Positions 1 through 8,250 of a stretch of 64,000 bases of DNA are shown here, one piece after another. Source of the DNA: a virus; the IMG/VR virus record IMGVR_UViG_3300030110_004856, positions 1 through 64,000 of that record; one strand, written 5' to 3'. The notes beneath the pieces were generated by a model. The model searched no databases, had not been told where the DNA came from, and saw only the letters and a list, made by a program, of their open reading frames with translations. Both the position numbers and the translations under genes were made by a program. Position 1 is the stretch's first letter. Every line of letters begins with the position of its first letter.

Positions 1-39
1 AAAGAGATTTCATATACTTTAGAGAGTATTGATGCTTCT

Positions 40-297
40 TTGCAAAGTATCTCTCAGACTGACAAACAGGAAACCACAGCGTTTGTTAGTAAACGAACTA
101 TCTGCAACAGACTTAATGTCCCTTCAGTGACTCTAGATAAACTCATTCATCAAGGTGTTGCGTCAGGAGGGGACAGTGGATTAGTTGAAGGTATACACTT
201 CTGCAGAACAGACCCAACTGAAAGAAACAGTTCCAAGTTCCTCTATGATTCTCGACGTATCCTGAACTCAGCTTGGAAGAGTTTTAAAAATGTTTGA
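40..297 (+). CDS. hypothetical protein, possible HTH DNA-binding
   Basis: 85-aa ORF coupled to the next gene; 'SKRTICNRLNVPSVTLDKLI' is HTH-like; start uncertain. Confidence 0.5.
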   Translation: MQSISQTDKQETTAFVSKRTICNRLNVPSVTLDKLIHQGVASGGDSGLVEGIHFCRTDPTERNSSKFLYDSRRILNSAWKSFKNV

Positions 298-706
298 CGA
301 GAAGAGAGTAAACGATCTACGCAAAATGCTGTTCAGTGGAAACGAATCTGAACGGATGATCTCGGCAGGTGTGCTTAGAACAATCTTTTCTGATATCACA
401 AGACTCTTTTTTGAGAACAAACAAGCGATGGGCTTGGGTCTACTTGTTTTTAATCCTGAAGCACCAGATAAAAGCAAGTACATGACTAAAGCAGATTTAG
501 AAAACGATCTCTCCCTTGCTCAAGAGGACTGTAACGATGTCTTTGCTGACGGATTTCAAAAGATGATTAACGTCATTGAAAAAGAAAAAGACTCTGACTT
601 AGCGATTGTTGCAATGGCTTATGAGGACGGCATAGCAGTCAATCTCATTGATCCAGATCAAATTAACGAGACAATCGATCAACTTAGTAACGGACTTGTT
701 TACTGA
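290..706 (+). CDS. hypothetical protein
   Basis: 138-aa acidic ORF overlapping both neighbours. Confidence 0.7.
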   Translation: MFDEKRVNDLRKMLFSGNESERMISAGVLRTIFSDITRLFFENKQAMGLGLLVFNPEAPDKSKYMTKADLENDLSLAQEDCNDVFADGFQKMINVIEKEKDSDLAIVAMAYEDGIAVNLIDPDQINETIDQLSNGLVY

Positions 707-987
707 TGACCAGCAGGAAGAGAAACAAACGAGAGGCCAAACCCAAGTTTTCAGTGGGTGATACTGTACAAGAAAACAAACACAACATACTCATAAACAC
801 ACCAGGAGCAAAATTAGCTAAATCTAAGTTTGGTGGTCTACGAGTAGGCGAAGTAAAGAACGTCGTAACTAAAACAAATAAAGGAGGATCAAAGTGCTTC
901 TATTACGATGTCCTCTGGACAAATATGCAAAGCACTCAAATTGTCGCTCAGATGAGGTTGATACCAGTAAATGGTACTTGCCAGTAA
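706..987 (+). CDS. hypothetical protein (SH3/KOW-like barrel)
   Basis: 'KFSVGDTV...GEVKNV...YYDVLW' pattern; TGATG coupling. Confidence 0.6.
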   Translation: MTSRKRNKREAKPKFSVGDTVQENKHNILINTPGAKLAKSKFGGLRVGEVKNVVTKTNKGGSKCFYYDVLWTNMQSTQIVAQMRLIPVNGTCQ

Positions 988-1549
988 GGATTTTGTTTCT
1001 CCCATAGACCTTATCGCTACTACCACGGCGTTCTTTGACGGCCAAATTGATCTAGATCCAGCCTCTAGCGAACACGCCAACAGTGTTGTTCAAGCAAAAA
1101 GATACTTTACGTGGAAAAACAACGGGTTATTACAGGACTGGACCTGTAAAAATTTATATTTATTTCCACCTCGTGATCTACTCCTTAAGAGAGAACAACC
1201 CAAACCTACTGCTTTGTTTACAAAAAACTTGCAATATAAAAAGTCTGCTCAGAGAGTATGGCTAGAGCTGTGTTATCAGAAGTGGCTTAAACAAGAGTTT
1301 CACCAGGCAATTACTCTAATAACATCTACTGAAGTAGCACTACTAGTCACACAAAAAATAGGATTGGACTTTCCTATGTGTATTTTGAAGAGAAAACCTA
1401 AGCTCTTAAATGATGACGAAAACCTTAAGCCATTGAGGTCTACAAAGGTACTTGGCTTTATATTTTATTTCCCTCCTCCAGATAACTTAGAGGAAAGTAT
1501 AGAGAAGTTCAGTACTTTCTATAGTACGTTGGGTCGAGTGTACTGTTGA
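971..1549 (+). CDS. phage DNA N6-adenine methyltransferase homologue, catalytic motif degenerate
   Basis: IDLDPAS..AN..V.A..YFT...NGL.Q.W is typical of phage Dam-like MTases; NPPY position reads FPPR. Confidence 0.7.
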   Translation: MVLASKDFVSPIDLIATTTAFFDGQIDLDPASSEHANSVVQAKRYFTWKNNGLLQDWTCKNLYLFPPRDLLLKREQPKPTALFTKNLQYKKSAQRVWLELCYQKWLKQEFHQAITLITSTEVALLVTQKIGLDFPMCILKRKPKLLNDDENLKPLRSTKVLGFIFYFPPPDNLEESIEKFSTFYSTLGRVYC

Positions 1550-1769
1550 GAGGATCCTTTGTATCCCAGTTCTCGTCAGGACCAAACTTATCTTTATCAG
1601 CAAAACCTAGCCCACGGGGGTTACCGCTTGGTCGGTCTTCTCTGTTTTTCTTTTCGATGCCAAAAATCTCTCCCGCAAAGCGCATTGACTTAGTTTCTTT
1701 TTCGACGTGATGAGATCGCCGAAAAACTTTACTGTCAGCTCTCCTTTCTACGGAAGTCCGCCTGAGCAT
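1509..1769 (-). CDS. small basic hypothetical protein (RFAG motif)
   Basis: coupled to upstream gene; 'MRFAGEIFG' resembles 'IRLAGEVFK' in 3527..3778. Confidence 0.65.
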   Translation of the reverse strand: MLRRTSVERRADSKVFRRSHHVEKETKSMRFAGEIFGIEKKNREDRPSGNPRGLGFADKDKFGPDENWDTKDPLNSTLDPTYYRKY

Positions 1770-2449
1770 CAGACTCCGTAATTCATGAGTGATTGACCAG
1801 GGCCAGCACCGTCAGTCATTGCACGAGTGTAGTCATTGACTTGTGATCTGCCGAAATTCATCATTGCCACAGCGTCTGGATCATCCATGTAGGTGATCAA
1901 AGGATTGGCTTGGTTGTAGCCAACCTCTGCGCTGAAATCGAGAGCGTTAGGGAAGATCTTACGAGGATCAGTGCTGATAACGTCCTCATACGTTGTGAAA
2001 GCATCTGATTCACCTAACCTGTAGCGATCACGTGCAGTAGCAATGGTGTCTGCCACCCCGCTTGTGGAGTCACTCAAATCAGGCCGGAAGTTACGCAGCA
2101 TGTCTGAGTATTGCGATGTCAGTCCAGTGGCAACATCCTCGAAGTACTTCTTGTAATCAGCAACAGCGTCCGAAGTTGTTTTGCCTGTAAACCTATCGTT
2201 TAGTTCTTGCAGACCAAGAATCTTGTTCTCGTACTCTGTCGCTCTGCGGTCTAGCTCATCCGTAGATCTTCGGATGCGCTCCTCAAGTTCTTCTAGTTGG
2301 TCTCGGTAACTAGAGGCGCCACTGCCCTTATTGAAAGCTCCGATAACGCTACCGATACCACCAAGGGCACCACCAATATCGCTATACACAGAGGAAGAAC
2401 TGGAGCCACCACCAGAACCGCTTCCACTAGCAGGCTTGTCGACAGGCAT
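1769..2449 (-). CDS. putative internal virion/ejection protein
   Basis: Gly/Ser-rich N-terminus, 'GGALGGIGSVIGAF' glycine-zipper helix, then coiled coil. Confidence 0.55.
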   Translation of the reverse strand: MPVDKPASGSGSGGGSSSSSVYSDIGGALGGIGSVIGAFNKGSGASSYRDQLEELEERIRRSTDELDRRATEYENKILGLQELNDRFTGKTTSDAVADYKKYFEDVATGLTSQYSDMLRNFRPDLSDSTSGVADTIATARDRYRLGESDAFTTYEDVISTDPRKIFPNALDFSAEVGYNQANPLITYMDDPDAVAMMNFGRSQVNDYTRAMTDGAGPGQSLMNYGV

Positions 2450-2470
2450 GGATAACAGCTAAATCTATAT

Positions 2471-3250
2471 CTAGATTACACTCTTTCCGGCTGTGAATGC
2501 ATCGTAAGCATCGCTAATACTTTGTTGAAGCGCATTTCTAGTAGCTACTTCTTCAGAGTAACCTTTTTTCTGTTTTAACAGCTTTAAGATTGCCTCTTGA
2601 GTTCGTTGTAGTTCTTTTATCTTTGTGTCGTTATTTGGAGCTTGTGTAGTTAGCTCTGGATCAGGTGCCAAGGCAGCTGATATTAATTCAGGGTCAGCGT
2701 CGATGTTTGATGACGATTGATCGGAAGCAGGGGTAGGGGTGCGGTAAGGACTCAGAATCCCCTCCATCACCTTAATTAATGTAGGCACTTGTTCTTGAGT
2801 AACCTGCTGTGTTTTTTCCTGTACTCGACCAGTGTTTGCAAACTGACTAAGTTCTTCCAGACTTTTGACAGGCTGACCGTAGTAGCTCTTTCCTTCAAGG
2901 GTTGGGAGAGAAGCCCACTCGGGAGCTAGGAGAGCCACGTTTTCAGCAGTAATCGGGGCGGTATCAAAATCCACACCGCGACCTAGACCCAGCTGGTATG
3001 CATACTGATCTTGACGTTGTGGTGTCATCGCACCACCACCTAGACCCTTCCAGGTGTCAGGCATGAATTGATACGCACCTGCAGCAGAACTAGGGATTGA
3101 ATTCTGCGTAGGCTGCAGTACTCTGCCTGGATGACCTTGCGTGTTGTCGAAAGTGCCTCCGCCGTAGTAGACGTTGTAACCCCTACCTCCATCTCGACGA
3201 GTGCCCTCAGCGTAAGAAATGAGGTCTAACCAGGCGTTTCTGTTGCTCAT
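2471..3250 (-). CDS. lambda-R-like lysozyme/lytic transglycosylase (GH104) with C-terminal helical domain
   Basis: AWLDLISYAEGT, GYNVYYGG, HP, SSAAGAYQF..TW, QD, EWASLP, YGQP motifs. Confidence 0.9.
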   Translation of the reverse strand: MSNRNAWLDLISYAEGTRRDGGRGYNVYYGGGTFDNTQGHPGRVLQPTQNSIPSSAAGAYQFMPDTWKGLGGGAMTPQRQDQYAYQLGLGRGVDFDTAPITAENVALLAPEWASLPTLEGKSYYGQPVKSLEELSQFANTGRVQEKTQQVTQEQVPTLIKVMEGILSPYRTPTPASDQSSSNIDADPELISAALAPDPELTTQAPNNDTKIKELQRTQEAILKLLKQKKGYSEEVATRNALQQSISDAYDAFTAGKSVI

Positions 3251-3486
3251 TTGACGTGGTTCTCTTCGTTGTTGTCGTCGAAAACATCGACTGAGGGATC
3301 GACCATGATGCCTAGCTCTTCGATCACTGCTTTATAAGCTCGCTCTCTACAGACCATTCGGAAGATGCGTTGCCAGAGATACTTATCTCTGTCGCGACCT
3401 TTCAGTTGCTTAGCACCGTTTCGAATTCGAGTAAGAGTGAACTCGTCTTCAAGCGTGAGACCTACAGAGATTTGCTCATGTTCCAC
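3247..3486 (-). CDS. nblA: NblA-like phycobilisome degradation protein (copy 1)
   Basis: LTLEDEF...MVCRERAYKAVI matches NblA pattern LSLEQQF...MxxRExxYxxL; 79 aa. Confidence 0.65.
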   Translation of the reverse strand: MEHEQISVGLTLEDEFTLTRIRNGAKQLKGRDRDKYLWQRIFRMVCRERAYKAVIEELGIMVDPSVDVFDDNNEENHVK

Positions 3487-3526
3487 GGGATTGCTCCGCT
3501 GTTTCTAACTTTAGCTGAGTTCTAGC

Positions 3527-3778
3527 TCACCAAGCTTTGCAGCTCCAGTAACCCGCAGTGAGCTTAGATTTGGGCTCATCGCATTTATGACGTGCTCTGA
3601 AGCTCTTCCTTCGTTCTGGATTGTCTTTTTTGATACTCATATTCGGGTCTCCAAACCGCACTAACCGCACGGTGTCTCCTTCTTTAGCAGCTACAGCATG
3701 TGACTTACCCCCTTGCACATCCTTCTTTGGTTTGTTATAGCCTTTAAACACTTCTCCAGCGAGTCTTATTTGTGCCAC
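3527..3778 (-). CDS. small basic conserved phage protein (RRKSFRARHxC family)
   Basis: VRFGDPNMSIKKDNPERRKSFRARHKC...AGYWSC, widespread in aquatic phages; GTG start at 3778 after a TAGAAT -10-like box. Confidence 0.8.
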   Translation of the reverse strand: MAQIRLAGEVFKGYNKPKKDVQGGKSHAVAAKEGDTVRLVRFGDPNMSIKKDNPERRKSFRARHKCDEPKSKLTAGYWSCKAW

Positions 3779-3866
3779 GGTGAACATCACTACTGAAATA
3801 ATTCTACCCAATCGAATACGAAAGAAAATATGAATTCCAGACTTTATGGTTAACAACCCAATGGTT

Positions 3867-3896
3867 TTGACCTATTCTCGTGCTGTTGAGAATACT
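3867..3896 (+). promoter_or_regulatory. sigma70-like promoter with palindromic operator
   Basis: TTGACC-N18-AATACT; spacer overlaps inverted repeat TATTCTC-N8-GAGAATA (3873-3894). Confidence 0.5.
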
Positions 3897-3912
3897 GAGC
3901 TTTCAGTTTTAA

Positions 3913-4182
3913 ATGGACTCTGCGAAACTCCTGACTATTGCCCAGACTGCTGAGCTACTCAATTGCTCACAGGGTTTTGTTCGTAAGCGTATTGCACTTA
4001 CTGAAGCCAACCAAGATGGTGGTTGGCCCAAGAGCATCTTCGTTAACCTTCAGCCCAACGGTATCAAGTCTCTTTACCGCATCAAACAAGAAGCCTTGGT
4101 TGATTACCTGACTGAGCAGAGTGAGGCTAAACTGGACGAAACTCCTGAGGCAGCGCTTGCTGCACCTGAGTGCACAATCTGA
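3913..4182 (+). CDS. excisionase/MerR-like HTH DNA-binding protein
   Basis: LLTIAQTAELLNCSQGFVRKRI...YRI....L..YL. Confidence 0.8.
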   Translation: MDSAKLLTIAQTAELLNCSQGFVRKRIALTEANQDGGWPKSIFVNLQPNGIKSLYRIKQEALVDYLTEQSEAKLDETPEAALAAPECTI

Positions 4183-4194
4183 GTCTGGTTTTAG

Positions 4195-4731
4195 ATGACT
4201 ACTTCAAACCTTGAGGAAATTCTTCAGGCTGTAGCGGCTCCCACGGAGGAGGTTGTCACTGAAGAAGTTGTCATCGTAAAGGAAGCAAGCATCGACAACT
4301 TTATTTTTAAGCTTGTCGAGTTTGCTTCCTACAACTACCAGCTCAATATTCAAGCGCACATGCTGCACTTGAATCTGGAATCACCAAACTTTTTGGCACT
4401 GCATAGGTTTCTGAGGAAACAGTACCATCAGCACCTTGAAGATTTTGACACCATCGCTGAGCTTGTGCGCTCCATGGACTACCTCATGCCTATGTGTGGC
4501 AAAGGTCTCCTAGGTGCATGCAAAGATTTCAAACATGTAAAGAGCTATGACGCCACGGAGAGTTTGGTTCGATATACCAAAAATCTAGAGAACGGTGGCT
4601 ACATGGCTAAAGACTTGTACGTCATGGCCAGAGAATGTGAGTGCCCTGATGGAGAAAACGAAATCTCTCAGATCGTCAATCACATGTTCAAGTCCGCGTG
4701 GAAGATGAAATCGACTCTAAGAACCAATTAG
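4195..4731 (+). CDS. dps: Dps/ferritin-like protein
   Basis: H-x11-H-x14-D-x3-E ferroxidase signature (HLNLESPNFLALH...DTIAE); C-terminal 'KSAWKM'. Confidence 0.85.
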   Translation: MTTSNLEEILQAVAAPTEEVVTEEVVIVKEASIDNFIFKLVEFASYNYQLNIQAHMLHLNLESPNFLALHRFLRKQYHQHLEDFDTIAELVRSMDYLMPMCGKGLLGACKDFKHVKSYDATESLVRYTKNLENGGYMAKDLYVMARECECPDGENEISQIVNHMFKSAWKMKSTLRTN

Positions 4732-5360
4732 ACCAGTACTTTGTTCCAGGCCGTTCCGTCTGAAACGTAAAGGAATTGGGTCACAGTCTCGAAGGCTAGT
4801 GATCCAGAGTCGCCCACTGCAGGTAGTGAGCCACTAACTACCGTACTGACTTGTCCTGTACAGCTACCCGCTGTGGTCGCAAAGTTGGCTGTTGTAGCAG
4901 TAGTCGCATTAGTGGCATTAACCGCATTAGTGGCATTAGTAGCTGTACCAGCAGTTGTTGCAAAGTTTGCGGTTGTAGCAGTAGTAGCTGTGCCAGCCGT
5001 TGTTGCAAAGTTTGCGGTTGTAGCAGTAGTAGCGGTAGTAGCCAGAGTGGCAAAACCAGCTCCAATTTCTACCCACGCGGAGCCGTTCCACACCCGCATG
5101 TTGTAGGTAGCTGTGTCATCAACCCACAGTTCTCCTACAGAGTTTCCGGGTTGTCCGTTTGGTGTTGAGTTAGGAGCATTTGTTCCGTATTGTGCGCCTC
5201 CAATTTTTCGAATATCACTAGCGGAATCCAAGAAGTAAAGCCCTGGATCTGTGGCACCAAAGGACAGGGCTAACTGACCAGTAGTAAGGGACGCAGGAAA
5301 AGGTCTATCCGCAGATTGACCAGTTCGGAACGAAAGAATTGTTACGGGGGTAGAAGTCAT
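4728..5360 (-). CDS. fibre/spike protein with Thr/Ala repeats
   Basis: N-terminal 'RP....L..GQLAL.....PGLYF' fibre module, GELWVD/WNGSAW and YVSDGTAW beta modules, central ATTA repeats. Confidence 0.75.
   Translation of the reverse strand: MTSTPVTILSFRTGQSADRPFPASLTTGQLALSFGATDPGLYFLDSASDIRKIGGAQYGTNAPNSTPNGQPGNSVGELWVDDTATYNMRVWNGSAWVEIGAGFATLATTATTATTANFATTAGTATTATTANFATTAGTATNATNAVNATNATTATTANFATTAGSCTGQVSTVVSGSLPAVGDSGSLAFETVTQFLYVSDGTAWNKVLV
4868..5047 (-). repeat. coding tandem repeat (NFATTAG/ATTATT, ATN units)
   Basis: three NFATTAG units (two 45 nt apart) plus 9-nt ATN/ATT units. Confidence 0.85.
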
Positions 5361-6929
5361 TTAGTAAGTACCACCGTTGATAAGAGAACGATAAATCGGA
5401 GGACCCACAATGGCACCATTGAGATACTCGCCACAATCGTAGATTAGGAGGGCTCCGCTTCCCACAGGGATACCGTTTTCGTATTGACCTCCGTCAACAA
5501 TAGGGATGTTCTCAGGAGGGACCGGGATTAGTGGGTTGAAATCATCCAGAAAGAACATTGTGAACCCACTGGCTTGGATAGCAGGTACATTTCCTGATGC
5601 CAGCGTGTCAAAGTTTAAAACTTTTGAAGTCGTGGGAAATCCATCCGAATACAGCATGTGTGTCGGAGTGTCGTCTTTTGAAGGAGAAAATCTTTCCCAG
5701 TACTCCAAGTTTCTGGATCGAGTTTTGAAATCAGTTGCTTTTGCAAGGTTTTTATAAAAATACTCTCGGTAAGCCGGGTCCATTGGTTCGTCGTTGGGTT
5801 CAGCCAAGTAAGGAGCCACAAAAGCCTGTGTTTGAAAGCGGTTCTGCATGTCCCACCACGAGGCGTACAAGTGCTTACAAAACCTCGGTTGAAAAAAGAA
5901 CATATTGGGATCTGAGTAAGACGATCCTGCATTGTCCTGATATTCCGGAGGATCGAGCAGCTTGTTGGTGTAGATAAAGCCAAAATCTCTTGTAAATCCT
6001 GGTAAATCACGTGTGGCAGCAGGTCTGTCACCCGTATATGTTTCTGTACCAGCGTCGTAAAAACCCGGTTTTAAGTCTTGAGGTTTGGTGTAGGGGTAAC
6101 TCCTCATAGAAGAGTATTTGTAGAGATTAAAGTCATCTCTGCCCAGGTAGTCAGGACAGTTACACCCAAACCTCATTGCTGTTGTAAAAAAATCTCCAGG
6201 AACGGGGTCGAGTGCAGCAGGACTCGCAAGCACATCGTTACCAAAGACTGTCCAACTAGTGTCTGCAGTTACCGATAGAAAAAGAGAATCAAAAACTGGA
6301 AGAGGTGTGGGTTCTTGTGGACCTCCAGCTAAGGTGCCGACACCAACCACGGTGTAGTTGTTGTATATGCTTTTTTCGTTGCCGTTTGAATCAAACCGAT
6401 CTGATACCACCTCACCGGTCATAAAAGATATCGGAGCACCAAAATTAGATGACAGCTCTACAGCCAATATGTTGTTTTCTGCGTCGTAAGTAGTGACACT
6501 CTTAATTGAAATACCGTAGTCAAGAAGATTAATGGTGTCTCTAGGTCGGATGAGAGTCATCCTCATTGCCATATCCTGCGTTGTTGCGGGATACATGTAA
6601 CAGATACCAGGGATTTCGAGACTTCCTGAACCTGCCTGTCCGTTTACGGCATAGCGAAAGCTGTAGTTAAGACCAACGAACCGCTGGTTCGCGTACATGA
6701 AAAGTTCATATCCACGTCTCCATCGGGTCCACAGAGAAGCGTAGTTATAGTTGTCTAAAACGCTTAAGTCTTTGAGGTTAAACTCAGGTCTAAATTTTTC
6801 TTTAAAAGGAAGAGGTCGGTTTAGTTGACTTGTTGAACTAGCACCTTTAACCCCTCCAAAATCAAAAGACTCTTTAGGGGGTTTAAAGTCCTTAAACGAA
6901 AAACCGTCAGAACCTTTTCTTCGTGCCAT
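5361..6929 (-). CDS. SWIM-type Zn-finger-containing protein, virion cluster
   Basis: GCNCPDY ... FCKHLY (CxC...CxH) with long insert; C-terminal DGGxY repeats. Confidence 0.7.
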   Translation of the reverse strand: MARRKGSDGFSFKDFKPPKESFDFGGVKGASSTSQLNRPLPFKEKFRPEFNLKDLSVLDNYNYASLWTRWRRGYELFMYANQRFVGLNYSFRYAVNGQAGSGSLEIPGICYMYPATTQDMAMRMTLIRPRDTINLLDYGISIKSVTTYDAENNILAVELSSNFGAPISFMTGEVVSDRFDSNGNEKSIYNNYTVVGVGTLAGGPQEPTPLPVFDSLFLSVTADTSWTVFGNDVLASPAALDPVPGDFFTTAMRFGCNCPDYLGRDDFNLYKYSSMRSYPYTKPQDLKPGFYDAGTETYTGDRPAATRDLPGFTRDFGFIYTNKLLDPPEYQDNAGSSYSDPNMFFFQPRFCKHLYASWWDMQNRFQTQAFVAPYLAEPNDEPMDPAYREYFYKNLAKATDFKTRSRNLEYWERFSPSKDDTPTHMLYSDGFPTTSKVLNFDTLASGNVPAIQASGFTMFFLDDFNPLIPVPPENIPIVDGGQYENGIPVGSGALLIYDCGEYLNGAIVGPPIYRSLINGGTY

Positions 6930-6932
6930 GTA

Positions 6933-7499
6933 TCAATAGAACCCACCTTGTGCAAACCAAGTTACACCAGAAGCACTCAAAGAACCTGAAGGAGTAAACG
7001 TTGTAGGACTACCTCCAGCTCCTAAATAACCCACGCAAAGAATGTACCCCTTCTCCAGATACAGACCTTCCATTTTGCCAATCATGATTGGCCTCAGGAG
7101 GTTAGTGTTGCCTGTTTGAGGAGTAGGAGCATTAGTCGAGGGAAGAATAACAGGCTGCGGTAATCCATCCTTACCACCAGACAAACCAATTTCATACTTA
7201 CCAATCATCATGGGAAATGATGTGGCAGGAGCAGACTGGTTGGGAGCGTAGACGTATAGACCAAACTCAGCCGTATACATACCCGCATTATCAGGGTACG
7301 CTTCATTACTGACACACCAGATATCTTCAACTAGTGCTGCGTCCTCAGAAGGAATGTCGCCCACACGGACTAGTTGAGTCAGCGTGGAAAAATCAGGCGT
7401 AGCAGGGTTGATTACAGCAGAACCCTCAGTAAACCTCGCACCCCTCAAAAAAGGGCGATCTACCATAAGCGGCTGTTTATTGGTGGAGGTACTTGCCAC
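6933..7499 (-). CDS. putative virion structural protein
   Basis: beta-rich 188 aa, ends GGFY; structural cluster. Confidence 0.6.
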   Translation of the reverse strand: MASTSTNKQPLMVDRPFLRGARFTEGSAVINPATPDFSTLTQLVRVGDIPSEDAALVEDIWCVSNEAYPDNAGMYTAEFGLYVYAPNQSAPATSFPMMIGKYEIGLSGGKDGLPQPVILPSTNAPTPQTGNTNLLRPIMIGKMEGLYLEKGYILCVGYLGAGGSPTTFTPSGSLSASGVTWFAQGGFY

Positions 7500-7566
7500 T
7501 GCCTACTACGTCTGAGAGTAATCTAATGTTAACACCGGAGAATTAGAGATTACATACCTGAATTAC

Positions 7567-8250
7567 TTAGTTCGCCTGATTCAAACCTTGAGAACTAAGA
7601 GCGGTGCTTAGTTGTCTCATTGCTTCAGGTCCAAACTCGTAACCACGCTGCCGACCCATTTCAACAAACTCTCTCGGAGAAATTCCGTATTCGTTTGCGC
7701 CTCTTAAAACAGCAGACAGTCCAAGTGTCTTGCCATCTTGAGCAGCTCCTTCTTCAGGTGTGCCTCTGAACTGAGTCAAATCTTCGACGGGAGGTACGGA
7801 AGGCTTGATCACAGATCCCCCTTGTTCACCTGGCTTGGGTGGCTTGACTCCAGTCTTACCACTTTCAATCAACTCTCGACCGTCGTTGTAACCGAGCGAA
7901 CGAGCGAGCATGTCAAGCTGTACGCCTTGGTTAAAACCAGCAAAGCGACTTTGGTTGCTAGGTACTCCCCTAATCCCTTCGATAATACTTCCAGCACCGT
8001 AGAGAAGAGGAGTGATGTCTCTCGCAAAACTCCCCAAACGATCTAAAAAGTTACCTTCGCTCTGTGCAGATGAGGCATTTCCAAAAGTTTGTCCTACAGA
8101 GGATTGTGGAATCCCGAAAGAAGTGTCTAGAGCTGGATTAGGTGCTCCGTAGCTCCCAAAGTCTCCGCCGCCAGTGCTAAACGTAGGCATTGAAGTTCCT
8201 GCAGGAAGAGAGTAAGGAACGTTGTAGTCGAAACCGAAATCGAAATTCAT
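7567..8250 (-). CDS. putative internal virion protein with C-terminal IGL/FGP domain
   Basis: low complexity; C-terminus homologous to repeats in 51084..52397 and 52545..52742. Confidence 0.65.
   Translation of the reverse strand: MNFDFGFDYNVPYSLPAGTSMPTFSTGGGDFGSYGAPNPALDTSFGIPQSSVGQTFGNASSAQSEGNFLDRLGSFARDITPLLYGAGSIIEGIRGVPSNQSRFAGFNQGVQLDMLARSLGYNDGRELIESGKTGVKPPKPGEQGGSVIKPSVPPVEDLTQFRGTPEEGAAQDGKTLGLSAVLRGANEYGISPREFVEMGRQRGYEFGPEAMRQLSTALSSQGLNQAN

Noticed and set aside
3913-4182. Lysogeny module (excisionase plus XRE repressor)
   Set aside because: No integrase or att site in window; the HTH genes are unlinked
4868-5047. CRISPR array or DGR template/variable repeats
   Set aside because: Repeats are in-frame coding Thr/Ala units without spacers; no RT in window
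4838-5168. Alternative ORFs over the fibre repeat (Cys-rich, Val/Ala-rich, Leu/Gln-rich)
   Set aside because: Frame and strand shadows of the coding repeat
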